Shown here piece after piece: positions 48,701 through 59,830 of a stretch of DNA of 64,000 nucleotides. The position numbers and the translations under genes are program-made. Each line of letters opens with the position of its first letter. Within the stretch, counting starts at the first letter, position 1. The notes under the pieces are model-generated. The model made no database searches and was not told the origin of the DNA. It saw only the letters and a program-made list of their open reading frames with translations. The stretch is from NCBI RefSeq assembly GCF_040938485.1, contig NW_027271973.1:1-64000 (forward strand). The letters run 5' to 3'. This DNA is from Diadema antillarum. Lineage: Eukaryota.

Positions 48701-51700
48701 GGAAAAGTTAGAAAAGGCCAAAAAGAAGAATGAGAAGAAGAGGAAAAAGAGGGAGTCTTCTGAACAGGAGGAGGCCAAGGCAGAGAAGCAGGAAGCTGAA
48801 GTAGGAGAGACAGAAGAACAGAATCAGGTGAAAGTGAAAGATGAGCATGTATCAAGTGATGAGGATGCAGCCAGAGAAGAGACACCAGAGAAAACTTCAA
48901 AACGAGAGAGGAGGAAGAGCGAGGTGAAGGAAGAAGACTCTGATGCCGCCGTCGACGACGACGACGACAAACAGGCCGTCGCCGAAGACGAGAAGGAGGA
49001 CTCTAAGGCCGACAAGGCAAAGAGGAAGGAGGAGAAGGAGAAGGAGAAGGAACGAAAACGTCTCGAGAAGGAGAAGAGGAAACAGGAAGAGAAGGAGAAA
49101 AAGAAAGAGGAAAAGTTGAAGAAGAAGCAAGAGGAGAGGAGGAAGGAGTTAGAGATGAAAAAGAAACAGGAGGAGGAGGCAAGAAAGAAGAAGGAGGAAG
49201 CCAAGAGAAAGGCAGAAGAACGACAGAAACTTGAGGCCAAGAAAAAGCAAGAGGAAGAAAAAAGGAAAGAGGAAGAAGTGAGTAAAAAAAGTGATCACAG
49301 TTATGATTTGCAATTGATTTTATTTCACTTGTCAAATGTAGTGAAAATGTCTCTAAATTATGTTTAAAGTGTATGCTTGTTTAATGTTTTCAAAATAGGT
49401 GACAAACCTAAGTTGACCGTGCTGCCTAAATTCATGCATATTTTGTCATCAAAATTTGACCAATATGCAAGCTTTTTGATTTCCTGTTTAGCCAATACTC
49501 AATACTTGATTATGCAGTGTTTGTAATCAATTACAGAACATTTCTATCAAAAGTCAGTGTCATGAACGAGTATTATGGGAAGGTGTTTGAATGAATGCTT
49601 TATTACTGAGATTTCGAAAGAGGGACAGCTAAGTTGAATTCCTGTCTTGACTACTGAACACCCCCCCCCCCAATAAAAAACAACAAGTGAAATACAAATT
49701 TGCATATTGAATTCAAGAATATGGATCTTGAATGTTTGTCTCTGCAGAGGAGGAAAAAAGAGCTTGCTGCCCTTAAAGCGAAGGAACTGGCCAAGAAGAA
49801 AGCCAGAGAAGGGTAAGTGTGACATAAAATATGGTAATGTGATCATCTTACTGACTTGCCTAATCAAGCATTAGGCTAACTGGTAAATATGAATTTAGTA
49901 ATCTGACCTGAAGGTCAATTGGGAGCTTGTGAATCTAGCAACAATCTTTTCCTTGTGAATACAGACTGTTTGCAATTTTATGAGGAAATATCTCTGTGTA
50001 TAGCGACATGTTGGTAAATATCTCGTGTGTCCAACCATATTTAACATGCTTTCTTGCCCAAATGCGTAGAGCCTTCATCATTTTATTGACCAAGTGGTGC
50101 CAGTGTTGTGGGAAAAATATAAATGAAGTGTCAGATATCATTTGCATGTGACAATTTTTATAATGTGGAGATTTGTGTGATTCAGACTCGAGTGTAACTT
50201 TAACCCGTTGAGGACGAGTTGATTTTGCTATAACACACATTTCCCATAGACACCTGCTTGGGTATACTTGAGACTAGTCTTCAACGGGTTAACCCACTGT
50301 GACATGGTAAAGCTGGACTTAATGTTGATCTATGAGACTGAACTAGATACATATAGATGAGATCTTAGGTCAGTCAACATTCAGAACAATGGTCAGTGCT
50401 TACAGAATACTGCATGTTGTGTCAGTCTTGGCTCAGGTTGATTTAAAAAAAAAAGGAGTTTTGTGAGAAGCATTGTCAATATTAAAGTCTTACATCATCC
50501 AAAACTGGTGACATGAAACATATTCAGTAATCAGTCGTATTTGTCTTTTTCTTGTATTTCTAGAATGATGAAGGACAAAAGCAAAGGTGAGTCTCTTCTC
50601 ATTCTGTCAGTTCTGTCTAGTACATATCTATTCTTTATCAATCTTCTTACTGACAGGATGATAAAGGCAAGATGTTTGCGTATATGTCCGATTGCCCTCA
50701 AACTGTTAAATGCCCGTACATTTGCTCTCATTATGTGATGGCTGAGAAACCTCTGAAATAGTTTGTATTAAGATGTTTGCAGTGATGGTTGAAGGTCTGA
50801 TCTTTGTTGATTGCATGCAAACTCTGGAATTTTACTGTACTGTGATGGGTCATTTAAACTTAAAGATCTGTAAGTGGTGATTGCATGCCTACTGTTACTT
50901 CAATCAAATTTTGTAAAAGGAAGTGAACCTTCCCTTAGAATTACATTCTGTCTGCGCTTCAATAGTTTACTATGATAATGGAAATTTGCGCGCAAGCATT
51001 TTTTGGAGCTTGACTTTGGAAAGATGAATTTCGCAAACTGTTTATAATAATTGCGTAAGCACTTCAAACAGCTCACCACTGCCACAGTGGCTAATGCTTT
51101 TGGTAGCACAAACTACGTGACAATGTAACTTGTCTGCATTACGACAGCAATTTCACCCACGTTTCAGGACTAGCAAACATGAAGAAAATTACAGAGAACA
51201 TGCAGTCATGCCCTTACAATATACCTCCTGTGAAATTAAAGTTATAGAATAACATTGTTTATAACAAGCAAAACATTTGAGCACTTTTATTTTCGCACTG
51301 AGATTTCTTCTTTTACAGTATATGAAACATTTAGTGGCATGTCAAACAAACATGTGGCCTGATTTTCTTTAACCTCATATCATTATCTAAATGAGAAACT
51401 AAAGTATAATTGAGTAAAGTAATTGAGAAACTGATAAAAGAGAAAGCAAGACTGTAGGAGTTTGTGTTCTTACGCTCCCAAATTTTGGTGGACATGAGTG
51501 AGCAAGCTGTCTCGTGACCTTTGATCCCTAACAGAAATTGCTGAGCAGATTGAGCGTCTCCATGTGGGCCTCAAGCAGTCACTTGCCTTGGATAACCCTG
51601 TGAGTTCATCGCCATAGATTATTTCTAATGTGAACGATGAAATGTAAGCAACATTTTGTTGTTGATAAAGTTACTGACTCTTCATGGCAAGAGAAATGTA

Positions 51701-54700
51701 AGAAATTCGAAAAAAAAGTAAAGCACAGCATTTGCTTATTTTGATTGAAGAATTATGAGGAATACATTCGTGTTATTGCTGGAGAAGTTGAAACTTGTTT
51801 GTCATGCAGTGTGAACATATTATTGGTATTTCTTTTCTTTTTTTTTTCATGTTGCTGATATGAGCATGAGAGAGGTAAAGTGATTGTGAAATCTGTTGTC
51901 AGCATGAACTGTTGTTATCTTGATTTTGAAAAAAAAAAAGTATTGTAACTCTATAATTGACCTTCAGTTTTATGCTAGTGGGAGACATGCAGGAGATGGT
52001 ATGTGTGAATGTGATGGGTCATCTTTGTTTACTTGACAGGAGCCGGTCAAAAGCTTACAGATCATGACCAGCATAGATCAGATGATTGACAGCCTGACCC
52101 CAAGCTTCCTCAAGAAACATGTGGACTTTGTCCAGACCATCAAGAAGGTACTGAGTCTTCCACAGTAATAGTGACATGCATGTGTGAAGAGATTTATCTA
52201 ATATCTTGTTGATCTCCATTAGTTCTGTATCTGACCTTACTCAAACAAATGGACATGTGTTAATCTCACTTTATTTTTTGTGGTGTTGTTTCAACAGTAC
52301 CATCTATGGTGCTGAAGGGGGGTCGGTAGGCCTCTTTTGACCCTCAAATTGATCGTTGTGAGCAGAATTTTGATTGTACACTTGTGCTTTGACCCCCTCA
52401 AAAGGGAGTTGTGATCTGTCTGGGCTTTCACCAAGGAGATGTAGGATTCAGGCCCTGCTACGTAAGGTGTCCTTGAGTTTATTAAGACACTCATCCTCCC
52501 TACCCAGCTGTACAAATTTGAGTTACCAAGAGGAAACTAAACCATAATTGTGAATGAATATAGCACTTTTGTGCCATGAAGTGGCAGCCCAGCTGGAATG
52601 GTCCCTAGATGGGTGCAAGTTTGAATCCAGTGACAGGTGGTATGTTGTGAGCCGTATTAGCACAACAATGTTGTGAAAACTGAGAAATCAGCATGTTATT
52701 ACTGCTGTTAGTATTGTGATCATTATAAGTTGTAATTTTATCATTGTTATTATTGTTACTACTGCTGTTGTTGTTATTGTTGTTACTCCCTGCCAAAGGT
52801 GCGAAAATACAAGTCCAATGACACAGTGCGGAAGAAGGCGGAGTACTTGTACAACAAACTCAAGCTGGTCTTCCTTATGCAAGATTCAGAGAGTGCTGCT
52901 CAGCTCAAGATGGAGATGGAAGCAGAGGACAAGAAGGCTGCGGAGCAACCTAAAATGGGTAAAAGGGACATTCTCACTGCTCATACAGGCCCCTGGTTTT
53001 GAGTAACAGTGATAGAACAAAGCCCAGTAGTGTTGTCTTTCTCTTCTCCCCACCCCCACTAAGTTAATCATTTTCCCTGTGGAGTACTGTTATAAAGATT
53101 TAAGTAGCCGCAAGTTTTACAAAGACTTAATAACACTGTCTTGCATTGTAAGGGATTTCATTGCTCCAACTGAACTTTATCAGAGAAGACTTCACTTATG
53201 TATGGTTCAAGATGACAGAGGAAACACACAAATAGACATTTTCTCTCACATTTAAAAGATTTATATGCCCTGTGTATGGACCATAGCTGTCACTGGGTGT
53301 GGTTCCTCTCTTCTCCACTTGAATTTTGTTTCTTCCCTTTCATTCCGGTAGAGGAAGTTGCATTGTGGGCTGAAGTATGAACCAAGAACGAGCTGTACGA
53401 TTAAAGTAGCACTTGCTTGATATATAGAGACTAAGCCCTCATTATTTGCGAATGCAGAGACTCAGGCATTTTAGGTAATACTCATTAAAGCTTGTGTTCT
53501 CATGTTTCCTGCTCACATGCAGAAGACAAGGAGAACCGAGTGGATGAAAGTGCCAGTGTCGGGGTGACAACCGAGAAAGATGAGAAAGATCCATCACAGA
53601 AAGAGCAGGTGGATGGTCCTGCAGAACAAATTGTTGAGAAACAGGCGGAGAAGCCGGTAGAAAATGGTGAGAGGGACAGTCAAAAGGAAGCTGCTAAACA
53701 GGAGGATGAAGTGGGGAATCTCCTGGAAGCTGTTCAGAACTCGTTATCAGATACTGCTCTCACAGACAATAAAACTAATTCTGTTGATGTTGCCAAACAA
53801 GACAACCTGCAATCAGTAAAAGAGAATGTGCCAAGATTACAGGAGGATGTCCCACAAACTGATGATGGTGTTATTAAAGAGGATCAAGACATTCCAGATA
53901 AAGAGAATGTAGTCACTGAGAGAAGCCAGACACCGGAAGAGGGGAGCGGGTCACCGGAGGGCGGGCTCATGGGAGCGGACCTCTTTGCTGGGTCCAGTGT
54001 CACCAAGGATCTACTGAAACGAGCTGCAGAGGAAGGACTGATGAGGCTAGATGATGAGCCTAAAAGTGAGGAGCAGGAGGAGGAAGAGGAAGAAGACCAA
54101 GGGGAAGCAGATATGGCACTAGCCACTCCAGACAGTGATGGTGATAGTGTGGTGCTCAATAATCCTGAAGACGTCCACAAAAAGGAAGAACAATCTAAGG
54201 AGGAGGTGAAAGAAACAAAAGCAGCAACGCCAGAACCTGAAGAAGAAGAGGAGGAGGAGGAGGAAGAGGAGGAATCCAGGTTGGGTGAGGATTGGTTTGA
54301 ACGGGCAAGGTCACTTCTACAGTCACGTCAAGGTTTTGAGGGAATTAAACAGAGTAGGCACAGGAAGGGTCCTCGCACCCCTCCCCCACCGCCAGAATCC
54401 TCATCCAGCAGCAGGCACAGCAGGCAGCCTCAGAGCTCAAGATGGGGTGGCTCACAATCGGAGTCCTCGTCGGCATCGTCCGGGCACAGAGTCTCCCAGT
54501 CTCACGCTCCAGTTCCCCAAGAGTATGGCCGAGCTCACAGGAGGGAGGCCAAGGATGCTTCAGTGGAGTATGGAAGGGCAGCTTGGAGGCCAAGGGAGAG
54601 CAGAGAAGTTCCCACAGAGTATGGACAGGCTTACAGAGGTGGCTTCAATATCATTCCACCTGAGTATGGGACAGCCACAGGACAAGGCCCCGAGGAGGAT

Positions 54701-57700
54701 GAGGATGATGGCATCGATGATGATGATATACCTCCAGAGTACGGAAAGGCGTACCGTCAGCAGTCGTCAAGCCAGCCCAACCCTGCTCCTCCGGTCGGCC
54801 AGCGCATCCCCACATTGGGCTCCAGTGCCAATCTCCCCGCAGACATTCAGAGGATTCCGGTGCTGGGGTCCTCCTACCAACCTATGGGACAGCAGCAGCA
54901 GCCTCCAGGACCACCAGGAATGGCTCGGCCCATTGATGACATGGATATATCAGATGGAGAACAGGGAACTCACAGGTGAGTCTCAGATTTCATTTGGACT
55001 GTTCAGAAATTTCTCCGATGTGCTCTTTGCAGTTATCATGGATAGACTTCTTTCTCAGAAAAGTGTCAATACCTGTATTGTCTGCAGAAATATATAATCA
55101 GCTCTTAGCTAAGAAGGTACACATCTGCATAATAGTAAGATGTGCACTATGCTTCTAAATGATTAAATTGCTTTGCTTTTGTAACTTTCCAAGTATGTGT
55201 TCAGCTTTGTAGTTAGCAATTTGATTTTTTTTTCACATTTTATGGAATGAGCTCAAGTTTTTTATGTACGTGTAGTTGTAAACATACAGTCAACCTCGCT
55301 AACCTCGATGTCGGATAAGCCAAATATCACTTACCAGATTTTTCGTTTGGAGTTTCTGTGTGTTACGACTCGCATAGCTCGAAAAACTTATACAAAGTTT
55401 CGTTACCTCGGAGGGAAGTCTAATGTCCCAATCTTAATTAACTTATTGTTTTTCCCAGCGTGTTGCTCGAAGCGAAATGCAAACATCACTCAGCATCTCC
55501 CCCCAATTAAGCGCGCGTAGACAGCGAAGACATGTCATAAATCTTTCCACACTTGATTGTAAATATTTAGAGACCAGAACGATCGTGGGCCCAAAGCAAT
55601 ACACAGCTGGCAAGAAAAATCCCCCACACCTACCTACACACGTGCACGGTATGCACATAGCACCCATGCCAATGGAGTGCTTACAGAAGCACTGCGCTCT
55701 GCCCCATCAACTTCTTTTCTTTAACCACTGTGTTCTGATTTGTGATTGTTATAGTCATGCCATGGGCAGAGATTTCTCAACCGTCGTGGTGCACCTGCTT
55801 AGTTGTTGACAGTTATGCTGTCCAAACATCAATCTCCTGCATAGTGCTTTTTTAACTTTTTTGTTTCATGAGGTTTGTTTCATTATTATTCTCCGCCGAG
55901 AACATAAGCACTGAATACTCTTTTTGTGGTACATGATCTGGAAGTAGGCCAAGCATAACAAAGAATAGATATGATTTAACAACAGTTTATTCAGATAAAT
56001 TTCGATGTTACAGAAGGATACGCTGTAAGATTTTTCAGGCAAATATCTGGAGTAACTTCTTCGCTGAGAAAGCCATCAAATTCCAGTTAGCATGATGATA
56101 TTCTATATGCCATATTTAACTTGTAATAATGCAAAATTCAATGTATACTAAGAGCACTCAAGGAGGTACTACAGTAGTCAAGCTCGCTCAGTACCTCTTG
56201 GAACAATTGATACAAAGTTGCCCATCGACCCCACATGCCCCTAAATGAAAATAGACGTCCGCCGCGAATAGCAAGAATGTGAATTGCATAACTTCAATGT
56301 CCAAATTGTGAAGAAAACTGGGTACAAACTCCTGGCAATAGACCTCTCTGCCATTATCCTTCTGTAGGTCGAAGAGAGCAGCACGTCTATCACTTTCAAG
56401 CATGGCAACGAAGCGAAAATTGAACGTAAAATCGTATCAGGAAAAATACTCAATCCTCACTTTCATGGATGAAAATCCAACATGGAAGAAAAAAGATGTT
56501 GCGGCAAAGTTTAATGTGAAGACCAATACACTGTCGGGCGTGATAAAAAACCGCCACAAAATTGTGCAAGCAGTTGAAAATCCATGTGATGCACGGAAGG
56601 GCATCAAGAGAATGAGGCAGATGGCATTCGACAATGTGGATGCGGCTTTGATCACGTGGTTTCGGCAAAAGGAATCTCTGCCTGATCTCCGGCTAGATGG
56701 GGAGATGCTGCTTGAAAAAGCCAAATACTTTGCCAAAGAATTTGGTCACGAGACAGCTCCTTCACTGAGCTGGGTAAGTCGTTTCAAGAAACGATATGGA
56801 ATAGGCTACATCAAAGAGGCTGGAGAATCTGCTGGGGTGGATGAAGAGCTTATCCAAGGCTGGAAAGATGGAAAGCTGACAGATATTCTGAGGCGTTATG
56901 ACCCGAAGGATATCTACATTGCTGATGAAACTGGTTTATTTTGGCAGATGTTACCAGAGAAGTCGCTCCGTTTTCTTGGCACTACCTTCCATGGAGGTAA
57001 ACAGCAGAATACACGTGTCACTGTTCTAGTGTGCGCTAATATGGATGGCAGCAACAAACTCCCCCTCTTTGTCGTCGGGAAGAGCAAGCGACCACCCGCA
57101 TTTAAGAACGTGAAAAATCTGCCAGTTGCCTACAAAGCCAACAAGAAAGCCTGGATGACAGGGGCATTGTTTGAGGAATGGCTGAGGAAACTTGATGGCA
57201 AAATGGAAGGGAGAAAGATTGCTATGGTCATCAATAACTGTCCGGCTCATCCTCATATTAAGCTGGAGAACATTAAACTTGTGTTTCTGCCACCAAATAC
57301 TACCAGCTTGACCCAGCCAGTGGATGGTGGTGTCATCAGAAATTTGAAACAACACTATCGGCACATCCTGGCATTCAGACGACTTGCAGCGGCAGATGGG
57401 GGAGTTCCCTTCAAATGGGACCTTCTTGACGCTATCATCGCTTTGAAGACGGCATGGAACAGGGTGTCCCAACAGACAATAGCTCATGTATACAGGAATG
57501 TGGGACTTGCTCTTCTGTGTGAGCAAGTAGAGGAAGATGGAGATCGCGGTGAAGAGGGAGGTGTTGATGATGCACAACAATTTCGCGGCATCTGGGAGAG
57601 GTTGGCCGACCTCTTCCCGCTACCTGCCATGGACGAATATGTAGACGTGGATGCAACTGACACAGGTGTCAATCTCTTAACGGATGACCAGATTGTTGAA

Positions 57701-59830
57701 ATCACAGGAGTCAAAGAAGACGGCGAGAGCGATGACGAGAACAGTAATGGTGAAACCAGTAGCCAACAGGGGGAGGATTGTGTGCGCACACCACCTTCGA
57801 TCAGTGAAGTGTGTCAAGCTCTCAACGTGATCAGGCAGTTTGACATCTTTCAGCAAACACCAGCTGAGCTGCAATTGCTTGTGGAGAATTATGAGTTGTA
57901 TCTCATGAGTAATTATAAAAACCATCAGTGACACTTCGCTGTTAAGCATGTTTCCAACGAACTTCTAAATGTTTCATTCCTATTACTGAAGTTATCTAGG
58001 TACTGATCGTGCAAAACCTGTTCTGTTCTTAAAATCAAACAACTTTTTTTATGACTTCCCTTCCATTACTATACACTTTTCAGTGTTCTGACATATCAAT
58101 TAAATACGACAGAAAAATATAAATCTGTAATGTTGGAGTTGAAAGTTTGTTTTCATTGTACAATCTGCTGTCTCATACTTAAAGTAAGGCATGGCTTTAG
58201 TGGTGACTTCATGAAAGAACAGACCATGCAAATGCCCAAACTTGTTTGAACGTACAACTCAATCTTTGGGTTTCATTGATTTCAGTTCTTGCCTGATAAG
58301 TGATCAATGATTATTGTCTCATACTTAAAGAAAGACATGGCTCTATATGTATGATAATTTGTAGTGGTGACTTTGTGAAACAACAGACCTATTAAGAATG
58401 TATGCAGATACCCAAAGTTGTTTGAACATACAACTCAACCTTTGGGTTTCATTGATTTCAGTTCTTACCTGATAAGTGATCAATGATTATTGTCTCATAC
58501 TTAAAGTAAGGCATGGCTTCGCATGTGGTAATTTTAAGTGGTTATTCATGAAACAACAGACCTATGAAGAATATATGCAGATAACCAAAGTTGTTTGAAC
58601 GTACAATTCAACCTTTGGGTTTCATTGATTTCAGTTCTTGCCTGACAAGTGATCAATGACTATTTGTCATAATACTGTACATTTATGATACAAAATTCTT
58701 CAACCTCACCCTACTTGTATGAACTTGAGAGCTAGGTATATGAATAGGCAGAGTACTGATTCTAATTAATGATGACCTCAAAACTATCAACCATTTTCAG
58801 TCCCGACTAATTTGAGGTATGCGAGGTTGACTGTATATTGCAATGATATGTCTTCCATGAATGCAACTGTGATGGAAATGGGACAGTGATATGTCTGGGT
58901 GTTGCTACACTCTTAAAGTAAACATGCCTTGAGGTGCATTTTCGATCACAATACATGTATATTACATTTTTGCTCTTTTGGAAATCAAGCATTAAGAAAT
59001 TCAACAGTCCCTAGTACTTGATATTTGTTGGTTGAAAGTTGAGCTGTTCTTCATGTGTGCATGTGATATCTCAGGAGAACTAAGTCCATTGATAGAAAGT
59101 AGTAAAAACATGAGCACTGTATTTCAGCAAAATGAACGAATTGTCCCCCCTCCCCCCCCCCCAAAAAAAAAAAATGCATCTGGAATTGCTTTAAGTCATC
59201 AAATTTGCCAGCCTGTTCACCATTTCAGATATTTGATGGTGATATTGCTTGTATGTTACTCCTCATTTTCAGGTTTCAGAAATGATATTAACCTCAAATT
59301 GTCAGAACAAAATTCTGACAAACCTCATTCTCTCGTACAGTGGCACATCTTTCCTGAGAACATTCTGTGAGGCTCAATTCACAACTACATGAATTGTAGA
59401 CTAGTGCCTTTGTGATTTTGCTCTTGTGAACATATATTTCCTTGTCTATAATGCATTTACGCAAAAATTTGACAGATGTTGGCATATTTTCTAAAATGAC
59501 TGTCATCTACTGTAAAAGTGGAAATTTTCGCGGTGTTGAAATTTTCGCGCATTTCGCGCAATCAGAAACTAGCGCGAAAATAAAAGCATGCGAATATTTT
59601 TGCTTGCCATATGTTCCTGTGCGTGATGTCTTGATTCCGCGGAATTAAAAACACGCGAAACTCTTCTCACCCGGCCAAGCGCGAAAAATTAGTCGCGCGA
59701 AAATATTCACTTTTACAGTATGCCAGACATGTGCTATATTTGGGTTTGATTCTTCTACACACACAGAGCTAAAACCGATCAAGGTGACCAGGCCTTTAGT
59801 GACGACTGCATGGACCTCGACTCAGACTGA
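42722..59830 (+). CDS. HDGFL2: HDGF-related protein 2 / LEDGF-family chromatin reader (PWWP, K/E coiled coil, IBD); join(42722..42799,43227..43303,43825..43963,44502..44672,45129..45182,45870..45980,46935..47154,47763..47859,48563..49277,49748..49812,50564..50586,51535..51599,52040..52147,52799..52958,53523..54975,59767..59830), 1199 aa
   Basis: [18 protein letters not shown]|VDD...[12 protein letters not shown]|AF...LYPY..KEKYGK...[12 protein letters not shown] is an HDGF-type PWWP domain. [14 protein letters not shown]|..FVQTIKK|[22 protein letters not shown] is an IBD. The 16 GT-AG exons sum to 3600 nt in one open frame. HDGFL2 versus PSIP1 orthology cannot be resolved; this is likely their pro-ortholog. 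Confidence 0.88.
46225..46880. mobile_element. Tigger-like MITE (11640 family) split by a HINE insertion
   Basis: Left piece GTGGACTCCCATTATAATC...TTTCGTTATATCAAAATTTCG and right piece CGTGTTCGTTATAATGGGAGTGCACTG|TA match the two ends of 11640-12098. Confidence 0.7.
46310..46785 (+). mobile_element. Helentron-associated non-autonomous element (HINE / DINE-1-like)
   Basis: 5' AACAACTAGAAAAGCACTCTGAGAGCGCAGACCTCCGCCAAG; (ACAA)n microsatellite; 3' CTTGGCGGAGGT complementary subTIR with a short hairpin ACCTCC..GGAGGT. Confidence 0.8.
50204..50288. mobile_element. 85-bp piggyBac-like miniature element
   Basis: TTAA|CCCGTTGAGGAC ... GTCTTCAACGGG|TTAA. Confidence 0.8.
52400..52785 (+). mobile_element. 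Degenerate SINE with a (TAT/TGT)n tail abutting a splice acceptor
   Basis: TGTCCTTGAG...AAGACACT...CCCAGCTGTACAAAT core-like segment and a simple-repeat tail. Confidence 0.5.
56402..57931 (+). CDS. pogo/Tigger (TIGD4/6-like) transposase, 509 aa; second catalytic Asp replaced by Asn
   Basis: CENP-B-type HTH domains ([11 protein letters not shown]; [13 protein letters not shown]); ADETGLFW (D175), INNCPAH (N278), QPVDGGVI (D308); DD29D spacing. Confidence 0.92.
   Translation: MATKRKLNVKSYQEKYSILTFMDENPTWKKKDVAAKFNVKTNTLSGVIKNRHKIVQAVENPCDARKGIKRMRQMAFDNVDAALITWFRQKESLPDLRLDGEMLLEKAKYFAKEFGHETAPSLSWVSRFKKRYGIGYIKEAGESAGVDEELIQGWKDGKLTDILRRYDPKDIYIADETGLFWQMLPEKSLRFLGTTFHGGKQQNTRVTVLVCANMDGSNKLPLFVVGKSKRPPAFKNVKNLPVAYKANKKAWMTGALFEEWLRKLDGKMEGRKIAMVINNCPAHPHIKLENIKLVFLPPNTTSLTQPVDGGVIRNLKQHYRHILAFRRLAAADGGVPFKWDLLDAIIALKTAWNRVSQQTIAHVYRNVGLALLCEQVEEDGDRGEEGGVDDAQQFRGIWERLADLFPLPAMDEYVDVDATDTGVNLLTDDQIVEITGVKEDGESDDENSNGETSSQQGEDCVRTPPSISEVCQALNVIRQFDIFQQTPAELQLLVENYELYLMSNYKNHQ
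58169..58665. repeat. Three imperfect tandem units (146, 176, about 175 bp) inside the Tigger 3' region
   Basis: Units start TGTCTCATACTTAAAG at 58169, 58315 and 58491 and share CTTTGGGTTTCATTGATTTCAGTTCTT. Confidence 0.9.
59510..59718. mobile_element. TA-target MITE (CTGTAAAA termini)
   Basis: TA|CTGTAAAAGTG ... CACTTTTACAG|TA; many TTCGCG/CGCGAA repeats. Confidence 0.88.

Larger units (their letters stand above)
55287..58833 (+). mobile_element. Full-length pogo/Tigger DNA transposon, 3547 bp, in the last HDGFL2 intron
   Basis: TA|CAGTCAACCTCGC ... GCGAGGTTGACTG|TA (13-bp perfect, about 22-bp imperfect TIR) enclosing a transposase ORF. Confidence 0.93.

Noticed and set aside
48661-49335. 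Antisense S/F/L-rich ORFs
   Set aside because: They are the reverse complement of the purine-rich K/E coiled-coil exon
54285-55097. 270-aa overlapping ORF in another frame
   Set aside because: It is a shadow of the GC-rich large exon, runs past the donor into intron and has no recognisable features; Ribo-seq would be needed to revive it
57026-57789. Minus-strand ORFs within the transposase
   Set aside because: Antisense shadows of the coding sequence
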